DNA of 64,000 nucleotides from Rickettsiales bacterium (GTDB lineage Bacteria; Pseudomonadota; Alphaproteobacteria; Rickettsiales; UBA3002): NCBI GenBank assembly GCA_046154225.1, contig JBJXEM010000007.1, positions 859 to 64,858 of the forward strand, read 5' to 3'. Shown piece by piece: positions 26,234 to 35,603 of this stretch (position 1 is its first letter; each line of letters starts with the position of its first letter). The notes under the pieces were generated by a model. It saw only the letters and a program-made list of their open reading frames with translations, ran no database searches and was not told where the DNA came from. The position numbers and the translations under genes were made by a program.

Positions 26234-29200
26234 GTGTCGTTACGCCTCGTTATTATATCGCTCTTCACTTTAAGCTTGCTTTCAGTAGTGGATGGCGACA
26301 GTCGCTTTTCTGCCTTTGCTCAATCCGCCACCGGGCAGCCCGGCGGCAGTGCTCCACCACCAAAAGTCGATCTGCCGGGTGGCTCGGCGCCTCCCGGCGG
26401 CAAAGTCGATCTGCCGGGTGGCTCGGCACCTCCCGGCGGCAAAGTCGATCTGCCGGGTGGCTCGGCACCTCCCGGTGGCAAAGTCGATCTGCCGGGTGGC
26501 TCGGCACCTCCCGGTGGCAAAGTCGATCTACCGGGTGGCTCGGCACCTCCCGGTGGCAAAGTCGATCTGCCGGGTGGCTCAGCACCTCCCGGTGGCAAAG
26601 TCGATCTGCCGGGTGGCTCAGCACCTCCCGGTGGCAAAGTCGATCTGCCGCCAAATCCTAACCCTCCCACCTGCGACGCGGCGTGCCAGGAACAGACTAA
26701 ACGCGCGATTGAACGGGAGAATGATCTCAAAAGAAGGGGGCTCGTGGGTGGCCCCACCTCCACACCGGCCCCAAGCCCTGCGCCAGCAGGAAATACCCCT
26801 CCAACTCCCGGCGGTAACACACCTCCTACACCGGCGCCACCCGCCGGCGGCGGCGCACCGACAACGCCCACCCCAGGCCCCGCGCCCGCACCAGCGGCTG
26901 CACCCGCAGCCGCTCCTGGCCCTGCCCCCATCTGTAAGGAACCCACAAGCGGCACGAGCACTAGCACTTCACTCGACTGCGACATGCGCTACCGCGAAAC
27001 GGTGGTCACCTGCGACACCTTCGGCACCACGCCCCCCTGCCCCAAAAAGCCGATGCCAATGAAGGAAACGCCGCGCAAATCCTTCATCAAGGATTACTCG
27101 CCCTACCTCTATATCTACGCCACTGACCCGGACGACAAAGCCAAAGCCTACACCGGCCCGTTTTATCGCGGCACACCCGGAGATTCAGGGCAGACCTTCC
27201 AGATTTTTGGTGCGGGCGGCTCGGGTAAAAACCTGGCCCCGTGCGTGCGTGAAATCAAGGCACCGGGCGGCGCCAGCAAGCTCTCGCCGGAAGACCAGGC
27301 AAAGTTGATGCGGTTGCAGCTCGATAACTGCGCCAACCAGTATATTTTACACGCCGCCATTTATCCGCAGCAGAAGGAACAAAAAGAAGAAACTCGCCTG
27401 TTCTCGATGGAAGACCCGAAAGACCCCACCAAAAAGGTGAATCTTGAAACCCATTGCCAGCCGCTGCGCTTAGCCAAGGACACTACACAGGAATATCTGG
27501 CCTCGACCTACCTTGAGGTGGCGTGGAAAAAGCTACTCACCGACCCCGGCTACCGCAAGGATAAGGAAAACCCGGTCGAGCCGCATTTGCCCGACGGCAT
27601 AAAGCTCGAGAACACCAGCAACGCGAACGTGAAATTACCAACACCGTTCCCGCAGGTTAAACTGTCCCAGATCGGCACCGTGGAATACGAAGAGATTAAC
27701 GATCCCACCCACCCTTTCTCGCCGCGCTGGGATTTTAAGTGGAACGAGCGCGACCATTATTCACCCAAAACCCAACCCTACGGTGGTGACCCCAAAAACG
27801 CCGTTTTCTGCGCTGGGGACCAGGATAAGAATATCGCCAAAGTCGATATTCTGTCGTTCCGCGAGGAACGGCTGAAGTTCGACAACAAGCTCAACGACCG
27901 CATCAATTTCAACAAAAACTGCAAAGCCAATAGTGGGCTGCAGAAAAATCCGTGCTGTAAAATTACGCCTAACGGCCCGTTCGTCGTCAACTGGACCTGC
28001 GAAGTGCTGCCCTGCGCCACCTGTTACGGGATGACGGAAAAAAATCCCGTCTGCAAAACCGATTATCTCAGCACGCCCGACCGCAACAGCGTGAAAGTGC
28101 CATATCTGGCGGTGCACCCCTTCCTGCGGGCCGCTTCGCAGGTGGGTGATCTTGCCAATGGCTTGAAGTCGTTGTCGAGCCTGCCGGCCAATTTGCCGCT
28201 CAGCCAGGTAAAATCGGTTTTGGGTTCGCAGCTCGGCATATTGAGTGCGCTGCCCGGCAATTTGCCGATCAGTGCCGCGTTGCCGCTGCTGAATGGGCAG
28301 GTGAACATGCTGGGTTCGCTCGGCTCGCTGGGGCAGAATTTTTCGCTGGGGCAACTGGGTGCACTTTCATCGCTGCAGTCGCAACTGATTGGCAATTTGC
28401 CGGGTAACCTCAATCTCGGCCAGATTCAGTCGATCGTGGGGGGCCAGGCGAATATTTTAAACAGCCTGGGTGGCCTCGCCGGTGGCGCGGGTGGCGGTGC
28501 TGGTGGCTTGGGCCGCCTGTCACTGGGGCAGTCGCTTTCGGGGTTAGGTTCGGTCAGCGGCCTGCTGGGCGGCCTGCCCGGTGGCACGCAGCTGGGACAA
28601 GCGGCGAATTTACTGAGCGGGCAAGTCACACTCGCGCAGAGTTTACCTACCGGAATTTTGGCGGGCGAAGCGCGTAACCTGATTAACAATCAACTCAGCC
28701 AGATCGGTGGGCTGAATCAGGCGCTCACCATCGGGCAGGCGATCAATAACGGTTCACTGAGAACTAACGCGATTCCGGGCCTCAGCCAGTTACCCACGAC
28801 CATGACCATTGGGCAGGTGGGCAGCCTGCTCTCCTCCAACGCAACCGGGTTGGGACAGTTTGGCGCGAACCAGGCCGCCGGTCAGTTCGGGCAGGTGCTG
28901 AACACGCAGCTCGGCGGGATTCTTAGACTTCCGCCCGATCTTCCGGTCGGTCAGGTCAGCTCACTACTGGGGGGATTGCAAGGCGGGCTGACCAACTTAA
29001 ACGCACTGGGCGGCGGCATCGGCGGCGCTGGCGGCGCGCTCGGTAGCATCGGCGGGGCATTGGGTGGGCTTGGTGGCGGTGGCCTGTCGCTCGGCCAGAT
29101 CGGCAGTGTGTTCAGCACGCAGGCACTTGGGTTGCCGCAGTTGCCGGGGAATTTGAACCCGGCCCAGATTGGCGCGGTTTTCGGCTCGACCGGCAATCTT

Positions 29201-31198
29201 CTGGGCGGGATCGGCGGTAGCAATCTGGCGGGGATCGGCAGTGCCCTGAGCGGTATTGGCGGGGGCGGCCTTGGCGGCATTGGCGGCGCACTCGGTGGGC
29301 TGGGTGGTGGTGGCCTTGGCGGCATCGGCGGGGCGCTCGGCGGACTGGGCGGTGGTGGCCTTGGCGGCATTGGCGGCGCGCTCGGTGGCCTGGGTGGTGG
29401 TGGCCTTGGCGGCATCGGCGGCGCGCTCGGTGGCCTGGGTGGTGGTGGCCTTGGCGGCATCGGCGGCGCGCTCGGTGGCCTGGGTGGTGGTGGCCTTGGC
29501 GGCATCGGCGGCGCACTCGGTGGCTTGGGTGGTGGTGGCCTTGGCGGCATCGGCGGCGCGCTCGGTGGACTGGGTGCTGGCAGTATTCCCGGCATCCCCA
29601 ATATTCCGGGGTTGGGCAATGTTGCGAGCATCGCCAATATCGGGCAGCTGCAGGGCGTGCTTTCGGGGCAGATTGGCAGCCTTGCCGGATTAGCCGGCGG
29701 CACGGTGTCGCAACTCACCGGGGCACTCAGCGGCCAGTTGGGCGCCTTGAGCGGACTGGCCGGCAACCTGCCTCTGGGCTCGATTACCGGCGCACTCGGC
29801 GGCATTCCGGGCATCCCCAACATCCCCGGCGTACCGAACGTGGTGCCAGGCCAAACCAGCCTGCCGTTCCTCACGGTACTTGCTATGCCCTACCAGCGCA
29901 CGGCGCGCTGCAACCCGATGGAAATATTCGGGCCCGATAACAGCGACCCGATGGCCAATCTGTGCAAACAACTGCGCGCGCCGGTGACCATGCTGAACAA
30001 ACTGAAAATGCGCTACCACAACCCCGACGACAAAGAAAATATCGTGCTGAAAGAGGGCGTGCAGGAAGGCCTGTGGTTCAAGGATTATTTCGACGACAAA
30101 ACGACCAAAATCGCGCATATGCCTTATCCGCGCATGTGGGATACGGGCCGCTCGATCCAAAGTTCCACCTCGACCGACCAGGTGCCGACCGATTATAACG
30201 GGCAATACACGGCCATTGTCGGCATCGGCCGCGAGGCGACACCGGACTCGGCTTCGAAATCGGGTGGCGAAGCCACAGGCGGACCAGCTCCGGCACCCGC
30301 AGCAGGCGGCAGCAAACCTCCCAAACGCGAGGACGAACGCTGCCTGTATGGCGGGTGGGGACAGGACACCAGCGTGGCGGGCGCCAGCATCAAAATTCCC
30401 GACCCGGTGACGAGCTGGACGGAAATGAAACTCTATCAGGCGCGCACGCTGCGTTATTTCGGGCTCAGCTGCTTTGGCCGCTACGAAAAACTGTTCAAAG
30501 CCGGTAGCACCGAAAGCCTCAGCCTGTCGTCCGTCGGCGGTGAATGGGGGCGCACCATCACCCGCACCTGCGACGATAAAGGCGAAAACTGCACTGCCGC
30601 GAACCGCTTCGGCAAGGATGGCGACACGCTGAAGGACAAGGCCGCCTCGGCAAATGAAAAACGCTACACGCAGTTGCTGAACGAAAACTGGCCGCTCGGC
30701 TGGCGCGGTTATATGGGAGCAAAAAAAGACAGTAACCGCTTCCCGGATTTTGGCGATAGCGCCAGCACCATCAGCGGGCTCGACAAGGCACAAGAGGGCG
30801 ACATTCTCCTGCTGCCCAAAGGCGCGTCGGCCAACGATGGGAAACCCGGCCTGCCACGGGTGGGCATTGTCGGCATCGTCAGCCTCGCCAGCGACTGCGA
30901 CGCCAAGAAAAACTGCTACGTCGAAGTGCTTGAAGCCGATAACGGAAAATGGCCCGACGTCTGCGGCACCACGGCCAGTTTCAACGAAGTAAAAACCCGC
31001 AGCTTGTACCGCCCCGGCGCACTGGCCCAAAACGTGAAGGATGAACTGAAAGACCACGTAAAATGGACCACAAGCTGCGAGGACCCGGGCATTTCAGCGT
31101 GCGAAATGGCGAATTGGAGCGACGTAAAACTTTATCGCGTGCGTGAGGATTTCCGCGAGCCGTGCGATAAGAAAAAGAGTTCTGAATGCAAAGAATAA
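26234..31198 (+). CDS. giant secreted repeat protein (1654 aa): signal peptide, GGSAPPGGKVDLP repeats, Pro-rich linker, Cys-rich region, long Gly/Leu/Ser/Gln repeat region, Cys-containing C-terminal domain
   Basis: GTG start. The signal-like N-terminus is SLRLVIISLFTLSLLSVVDG. The frame stays open through two perfect tandem arrays. No catalytic motif recognised. Confidence 0.75.
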   Translation: MSLRLVIISLFTLSLLSVVDGDSRFSAFAQSATGQPGGSAPPPKVDLPGGSAPPGGKVDLPGGSAPPGGKVDLPGGSAPPGGKVDLPGGSAPPGGKVDLPGGSAPPGGKVDLPGGSAPPGGKVDLPGGSAPPGGKVDLPPNPNPPTCDAACQEQTKRAIERENDLKRRGLVGGPTSTPAPSPAPAGNTPPTPGGNTPPTPAPPAGGGAPTTPTPGPAPAPAAAPAAAPGPAPICKEPTSGTSTSTSLDCDMRYRETVVTCDTFGTTPPCPKKPMPMKETPRKSFIKDYSPYLYIYATDPDDKAKAYTGPFYRGTPGDSGQTFQIFGAGGSGKNLAPCVREIKAPGGASKLSPEDQAKLMRLQLDNCANQYILHAAIYPQQKEQKEETRLFSMEDPKDPTKKVNLETHCQPLRLAKDTTQEYLASTYLEVAWKKLLTDPGYRKDKENPVEPHLPDGIKLENTSNANVKLPTPFPQVKLSQIGTVEYEEINDPTHPFSPRWDFKWNERDHYSPKTQPYGGDPKNAVFCAGDQDKNIAKVDILSFREERLKFDNKLNDRINFNKNCKANSGLQKNPCCKITPNGPFVVNWTCEVLPCATCYGMTEKNPVCKTDYLSTPDRNSVKVPYLAVHPFLRAASQVGDLANGLKSLSSLPANLPLSQVKSVLGSQLGILSALPGNLPISAALPLLNGQVNMLGSLGSLGQNFSLGQLGALSSLQSQLIGNLPGNLNLGQIQSIVGGQANILNSLGGLAGGAGGGAGGLGRLSLGQSLSGLGSVSGLLGGLPGGTQLGQAANLLSGQVTLAQSLPTGILAGEARNLINNQLSQIGGLNQALTIGQAINNGSLRTNAIPGLSQLPTTMTIGQVGSLLSSNATGLGQFGANQAAGQFGQVLNTQLGGILRLPPDLPVGQVSSLLGGLQGGLTNLNALGGGIGGAGGALGSIGGALGGLGGGGLSLGQIGSVFSTQALGLPQLPGNLNPAQIGAVFGSTGNLLGGIGGSNLAGIGSALSGIGGGGLGGIGGALGGLGGGGLGGIGGALGGLGGGGLGGIGGALGGLGGGGLGGIGGALGGLGGGGLGGIGGALGGLGGGGLGGIGGALGGLGGGGLGGIGGALGGLGAGSIPGIPNIPGLGNVASIANIGQLQGVLSGQIGSLAGLAGGTVSQLTGALSGQLGALSGLAGNLPLGSITGALGGIPGIPNIPGVPNVVPGQTSLPFLTVLAMPYQRTARCNPMEIFGPDNSDPMANLCKQLRAPVTMLNKLKMRYHNPDDKENIVLKEGVQEGLWFKDYFDDKTTKIAHMPYPRMWDTGRSIQSSTSTDQVPTDYNGQYTAIVGIGREATPDSASKSGGEATGGPAPAPAAGGSKPPKREDERCLYGGWGQDTSVAGASIKIPDPVTSWTEMKLYQARTLRYFGLSCFGRYEKLFKAGSTESLSLSSVGGEWGRTITRTCDDKGENCTAANRFGKDGDTLKDKAASANEKRYTQLLNENWPLGWRGYMGAKKDSNRFPDFGDSASTISGLDKAQEGDILLLPKGASANDGKPGLPRVGIVGIVSLASDCDAKKNCYVEVLEADNGKWPDVCGTTASFNEVKTRSLYRPGALAQNVKDELKDHVKWTTSCEDPGISACEMANWSDVKLYRVREDFREPCDKKKSSECKE
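26342..26650 (+). repeat. coding tandem repeat, 39-bp unit x7 plus one 36-bp variant (GGSAPPGGKVDLP)
   Basis: Units of ggtggctcggcacctcccggtggcaaagtcgatctgccg differ only at a few synonymous positions. Confidence 0.9.
29267..29581 (+). repeat. coding tandem repeat, 45-bp unit x7 (GLGGIGGALGGLGGG)
   Basis: Seven near-identical in-frame 45-bp units. The complementary strand gives the spurious Pro-rich ORF 28951-29874. Confidence 0.9.
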
Positions 31199-32847
31199 CA
31201 TACTCCAGAGTGCGCACTTTAATTCTTGCGATTGCGACTACTTCCATCGTGTCCGTCGCCTATTCAACTACGGCGATGGCGGTAGAGACGCCAGCCGATT
31301 GCGGTAAATTCAAAAACCTCAACAGGACCATCGATTCAGGTCCCAATGCTGCGATGGCACAAGACCCAAATGCAATGCATGAATGCATTTGGCGAGGCGG
31401 GGATTCCCCGATTGGCTTGCGGCGCAACGATGGCCGCAGCAGCGGCGTGAAAGTGGGTGGCTCAAGCGGGCTGGGCGTGGGTGCGGTGCAAGGGCCTGAA
31501 CGCTCACCCGGCGCCAACGGCGCGCCCTTCAGTGCCAGTAATTCTGCTATCAACTTTGCATTGAAATTTCCCCCTTGGGCTGGCTTTCCCTGCCAGCTTC
31601 CGGGCGGCATCAATCTTTGCGGCGGCGGCGGTAATGGCGATGGCACGGGCGGCGGCGGTAATGGCGATGGCACGGGCGGCGGCACGGGCGGCGACGGTCC
31701 GCGCTACGGCACCGGCGGCCCCGGCAGTTGCCCGGCCGAAACCGACACCACCGGAACGTTCGGTGCAACCTATGCGCTAAGCAGCGGCGCTTTACCGCTG
31801 GTGTGCGGCGGCGCGATTCCGCTTAGTACCTATCAGCTAACATTGCAGCGTAATGCCGACCATCTGGCTTCCACCGAATACGGCGCACAATATTTGTGGG
31901 TGTACAAACAATCCGGCAGTAATTTTGCCAACACCACGGCGCAGCCCATCAAGCTGCCGAGCCATTTATGCATGCCAGACAGCAAAGGAAAAATGGTGAA
32001 GTCTGTCACGCTGTCCGGAACCACCGCGCAGATGATTATGTACAATGCCACGACGAAAAACCTCGCGCTTCGCCTCACGGCGCTCGACACGACGCTGAAT
32101 CCTGCACTGGTCGATTACAGCGGGCCCGAGAAATACCTCATCATCCCCATTTCGGGTGGCAACCCAGAGGTGCCCGCCGATTGCGCGCTGGAGTCGACTT
32201 ACTATAAGGCTCCCACCAGTTTCAGTGGCGACATCGCCTTCGAAGACGTGATTATCCCGCTGTGCGAAGGCAGCAATTGCGACGCGGCAGCCACCACCAC
32301 CCCCGCCGGCAGCAGTTGCGACCCGGTGACGGTTTATCCGCAAGGCACCATCAGCACCACGGCCGGGGCCATTGATTGCAGCACCAAAATCCAGATCGCC
32401 GTCATCAGCCGCCCCAACCTGCTCTACCCACCGGGCGTGACGCCGCAAACCGTGCCCATCAGCGGGCGAAGTGGGGTACTGGTGCAATCGGTCGACGGTA
32501 GCAACCTCTATGTGCCGCAAAACGCCACCATCCATTTGGGCACCGGGGCACCCGCCATGGTGCTGTCGTCCGGCGGCACCATGAACATGGCCGATGGCGG
32601 CACACTCGCCATGAATGGCCCGGCGACCATTAATCCCGGCAACGGGCAAATCACCCTGACCAGCGGCGGTGAGTTACGCAACGCGCAAGGCAGCCTGTTA
32701 CAAACCTTTGCCGCGGGGAATCGTATCGCCCCGAATATTGCCTTGCCGATGACCATCCATTTGGAGCGCGACATGCAATTACCGGCAGGCTATTTGCTGC
32801 CCACGCCGCCCAACCCCTATGTGCGCCTACCAATCAACGCGAAATAG
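31186..32847 (+). CDS. secreted hypothetical protein (553 aa), translationally coupled to the giant repeat protein
   Basis: The ATG lies 13 nt inside the upstream gene. The signal-like N-terminus is MQRITYSRVRTLILAIATTSIVSVAYSTTAMA. It has a GGGNGDGTGG x2 repeat, and its C-terminal part is rich in short G/T/N beta-strand-like segments. Confidence 0.7.
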   Translation: MQRITYSRVRTLILAIATTSIVSVAYSTTAMAVETPADCGKFKNLNRTIDSGPNAAMAQDPNAMHECIWRGGDSPIGLRRNDGRSSGVKVGGSSGLGVGAVQGPERSPGANGAPFSASNSAINFALKFPPWAGFPCQLPGGINLCGGGGNGDGTGGGGNGDGTGGGTGGDGPRYGTGGPGSCPAETDTTGTFGATYALSSGALPLVCGGAIPLSTYQLTLQRNADHLASTEYGAQYLWVYKQSGSNFANTTAQPIKLPSHLCMPDSKGKMVKSVTLSGTTAQMIMYNATTKNLALRLTALDTTLNPALVDYSGPEKYLIIPISGGNPEVPADCALESTYYKAPTSFSGDIAFEDVIIPLCEGSNCDAAATTTPAGSSCDPVTVYPQGTISTTAGAIDCSTKIQIAVISRPNLLYPPGVTPQTVPISGRSGVLVQSVDGSNLYVPQNATIHLGTGAPAMVLSSGGTMNMADGGTLAMNGPATINPGNGQITLTSGGELRNAQGSLLQTFAAGNRIAPNIALPMTIHLERDMQLPAGYLLPTPPNPYVRLPINAK

Positions 32848-32852
32848 CGGTT

Positions 32853-32945
32853 ACATTCCTCCCCCCATCGGGGGGAGGTTAGGCCTGCCGTCCGAAGCCT
32901 TGGCGTAGGATGGTGGGGGGCCGCCCCAAGCGTTGAGTATGCCCA
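32853..32945. repeat. G/C-hairpin palindromic element family D, intergenic copy D1
   Basis: CCTCCCCCCatcGGGGGGAGG at 32858-32878. It shares CAAGCGTTGA with the copy inside the hisH-like gene. Confidence 0.7.
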
Positions 32946-32967
32946 CATCATCCAAATACCACGAAAA

Positions 32968-33056
32968 TGTCATCCCGGGCTTGTCCCGGGATCCAGCCCG
33001 GCATCAGGCACATGGCACGTGGTGGGGCTGGATCCCGGGATAAACCCGGGATGACA
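32968..33056. repeat. palindromic repeat family A, copy A2
   Basis: TGTCATCCCGGGCTTGTCCCGGGATCCAGCC ... GGCTGGATCCCGGGATAAACCCGGGATGACA. Confidence 0.85.
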
Positions 33057-33098
33057 TATGCTTACTGAAGCCATTTATTACCTCAGTGAGTATAGCGG

Positions 33099-33806
33099 TT
33101 ACTCGAAATAGCGATTCGCAGCGTCAAGTCCCGGCAAATCACCTACATTCAGCCAGTCGCCGGTATGCACCACACTGCCCACGCGGTCGAACCACCCCTC
33201 GGGCGAAGCGTTACGCTTCCATAGGGCCGAGAGCGAAAACGCGCCATCCGGTGCATCAGCAAACGCGCGCGGGTGAATCATCTCTACGCCGGTGAACACA
33301 TACGGTGCGTCTTCGCCGGGGTTCGGCCTGCGAATGGCCCCGTCGGCCCGGCGGATGAAATCGCCCGGCCCTGCCCAGCCCCGCGCATGGCGCTTGGGTA
33401 CCAGCAGCAGCATAAAATCCAGTGCGTCACTCCACGCATCTTTCAACGCGCCGATGGGGTGCGGCATGGCGGGCGGAAAAATCGCATCGCTGTTCATGGC
33501 CACAAACGGCCCTTCGCCCAGCAGCGGCAGTGCCTTTTTAATGCCACCCCCGGTTTCCAGCGGCGGAAAAACTTCACGACTTATCTGCACCTGTGTGCGC
33601 GGCGACAGATGTGCCTCCAACTGCTCTGGCAGGTAGGAACTGTTTATCACCACCTGCGAAATACCTCCGCCTGCCACGAAATCGAGGCACCAGTCGATCA
33701 GCGGCTTTCCCATCACCGGAATCATGGGCTTCGGCATGGTTTCCGTGAGCGGGCGCATGCGGGTGCCGAGGCCTGCGGCCAGAATCATCGCGTGCGTCAG
33801 GTTCAT
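33099..33806 (-). CDS. murU: nucleotidyltransferase (MurU-like N-acetylmuramate-1-phosphate uridylyltransferase)
   Basis: MILAAGLGTRMRPLTETMPKPMIPVMGKPLIDW. It overlaps the upstream kinase gene (33803-33806), the conserved amgK-murU pairing. Confidence 0.75.
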   Translation of the reverse strand: MNLTHAMILAAGLGTRMRPLTETMPKPMIPVMGKPLIDWCLDFVAGGGISQVVINSSYLPEQLEAHLSPRTQVQISREVFPPLETGGGIKKALPLLGEGPFVAMNSDAIFPPAMPHPIGALKDAWSDALDFMLLLVPKRHARGWAGPGDFIRRADGAIRRPNPGEDAPYVFTGVEMIHPRAFADAPDGAFSLSALWKRNASPEGWFDRVGSVVHTGDWLNVGDLPGLDAANRYFE

Positions 33807-34861
33807 GGCGCAATGCCGCCGATGGAAGCATCAGCCAAAAACGCGCCACGCCATGCTTCGGGCACATGGCAATCGACAAACTGGCGAATGGGGGCAAGCA
33901 GCGGATGCGATATATCATGCATAAAATGGCCCCACACGCGCGGCAGGTAATCGAGGTAATGCGCCTTGCCGTCGCGCACGCACAGGCGGGTAAAAATACC
34001 GATGATTTTGGCATTACGCTGCGCCGCCAGCACGGCGTAACGCTCGGCAAATCCATGCGCTAACTCGCCGGTTTGGGTGACGTAATGCGCGAAACAATCG
34101 ACCATCGTCGTCCGTCCCACGTCGCGGCGCGCATCTTCGAGCAGCGAGGCTAAATCATACGCCGCATCGCCCCACAGTGCGTCCTGATAGTCGATCATGC
34201 CCACGGCGTGGTGGCCGCCGCGCCCTGCCACCCAAAACAAATTATCGGCATGGTAATCGCGATGCACCAGGCAGTGCTGCCTAAGCGACGCCGCCGCCAA
34301 CACCTCGCGCCACAACGCCAAAAACTCGGCGCGCAGACGAGCGGCTTTCTCGAGACCCACAATTTGCGGCAGAAACCATTCGGCAAACAGCGCTGCTTCG
34401 CGCAGATACACTGCTTCGTCGTAGGGCGGCAAATTCGCTTCGAAGTCGGCACGATATTCACGACTGGCGTGGTGAATGGCTACCAGCGCATCGGTCGCGG
34501 CCAGATAGATTTCCCGCTCACGCTCCGGATGAACGTTCAGCAATTTTGTGTAAGAATAATCGCCCAAATCCTCGAGCAGTAAAAACCCCTGCGTGGCATC
34601 CGCCGCCAGAATTTCTGGCACGCTCACATCGCTACGGCGCAATTGTTCGGTGACGGCTAAAAACGGGTGCACATCCTCCCATGGTGGCGGTGCGTCCATC
34701 AGCACCGCGACAGCCGCGCCCGCATGCACGCGCTCATACCGGCGAAACGACGCATCGCCCGCCAGAAATCGCCGCGACGCACCGGCCCAGCCGACACGTT
34801 GCAGAAAATCGTCCATTTCCGGCCCGCGATCGGGGCGTTTGGGGGCTTCAGTCATATCCAT
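33803..34861 (-). CDS. amgK: aminoglycoside-phosphotransferase-fold kinase (AmgK-like anomeric MurNAc/GlcNAc kinase)
   Basis: GDASFRRYERV, LVHRDYHADNLFW and IDYQDA motifs, plus synteny with tsaE and murU. Confidence 0.7.
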   Translation of the reverse strand: MDMTEAPKRPDRGPEMDDFLQRVGWAGASRRFLAGDASFRRYERVHAGAAVAVLMDAPPPWEDVHPFLAVTEQLRRSDVSVPEILAADATQGFLLLEDLGDYSYTKLLNVHPEREREIYLAATDALVAIHHASREYRADFEANLPPYDEAVYLREAALFAEWFLPQIVGLEKAARLRAEFLALWREVLAAASLRQHCLVHRDYHADNLFWVAGRGGHHAVGMIDYQDALWGDAAYDLASLLEDARRDVGRTTMVDCFAHYVTQTGELAHGFAERYAVLAAQRNAKIIGIFTRLCVRDGKAHYLDYLPRVWGHFMHDISHPLLAPIRQFVDCHVPEAWRGAFLADASIGGIAP

Positions 34862-34882
34862 TCCTCAGTTGCTAAACCCAAC

Positions 34883-35088
34883 GTCATTCCAGCGAAAGCT
34901 GGAATCCATCTATAGTCGTTTCGATTAATTTTTGTACATGCTCTGTAGTTTGTCATTCCCGCGAAGGCGGGAATCTCCTTCATAAAAAAGTGGATTCCCG
35001 CCTTCGCGGGAATGACAAAATTGGAAGGTTTTTTATTCAAATCGACTATAAAGGCAGTAAAATGGATTCCAGCTTTCGCTGGAATGAC
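34883..35088. mobile_element. nested repeats: family B copy B2 (34910-35052, inverted relative to B1) inserted between the arms GTCATTCCAGCGAAAGCTGGAATCC / GGATTCCAGCTTTCGCTGGAATGAC
   Basis: The outer arms at 34883-34907 and 35064-35088 are reverse complements. The inner element carries the B-type TIRs and arms. The 89-aa ORF 34852-35121 (VIPAKAGIH...) is just their translation. Confidence 0.8.
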
Positions 35089-35137
35089 GGAATGGTTGGA
35101 TTTACATCTACACTTCGTCATTTCTTCACTTCGCTAG

Positions 35138-35599
35138 TCACAAAATAATTCCGTCGCGATAGGAGTGAATGGTGACGCTTCGGTTCGCATCGTGACCAAG
35201 CACGAAGGAAAGCGCAAGCGTCGGCTGAATGCGGGCGTCGCCTAAACGCTCGGGCCACTCGATGAGCGTGAGGTGCTGCGTCGCCTCCTCCAGCCCCAAT
35301 TCGGCCAGCGCGCTTGGGTGCTCGATGCGATAGAGGTCGTAGTGATACAGCTCACCCGCCGCGCCGTCGCCGTAACGTATCGGATAGGTTTGCAGCAGTG
35401 TGAAAGTAGGGCTGGTGACTTCGACGGGCACGGGGCTTAACGCGTGAATCAGGAATTGCGCGAAGGTGGTTTTCCCAGCACCCAGATCGCCCGCGAGCAT
35501 TAGCACATCACCCGTGCGCAATTGCGGCGCAATGCGCTCGGCGAGGTCGCGGGTAGCCCCGAGCGAAGGCAATGGGAGGGTGATTTGTTGCATTCGCAT
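35138..35599 (-). CDS. tsaE: tRNA threonylcarbamoyladenosine biosynthesis ATPase TsaE
   Basis: LMLAGDLGAGKTTFAQFLI (P-loop) and HYDLYRI. ATG 35599 lies 4 nt after the iscX-like stop. Confidence 0.8.
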   Translation of the reverse strand: MRMQQITLPLPSLGATRDLAERIAPQLRTGDVLMLAGDLGAGKTTFAQFLIHALSPVPVEVTSPTFTLLQTYPIRYGDGAAGELYHYDLYRIEHPSALAELGLEEATQHLTLIEWPERLGDARIQPTLALSFVLGHDANRSVTIHSYRDGIIL

Positions 35600-35603
35600 C
35601 ACA

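Noticed and set aside
26342-29581. Possible CRISPR-like arrays (regular 39-bp and 45-bp repeats)
   Set aside because: The units are contiguous with no unique spacers, are in frame within a long ORF, and encode peptide repeats. No cas genes are present.
28951-31057. Pro-rich 307-aa and 455-aa minus-strand ORFs inside the giant repeat gene
   Set aside because: PPPRPP repeats are simply the complement of the GGLGG coding repeats. The plus strand gives a single 1654-aa frame with a signal peptide.
30700-31198. CHAP/NlpC-P60-like hydrolase domain at the C-terminus of the giant protein (GDILLLP..GIVGIV..VEVLEADNG)
   Set aside because: This is a superficial resemblance only. I cannot place a catalytic Cys/His pair (the expected His position is Arg), so no enzymatic call is made.
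34852-35121. 89-aa ORF (..VIPAKAGIH..IPAFAGMT..)
   Set aside because: It is a translation of stacked palindromic repeat arms. The same peptide words arise wherever families A and B occur.
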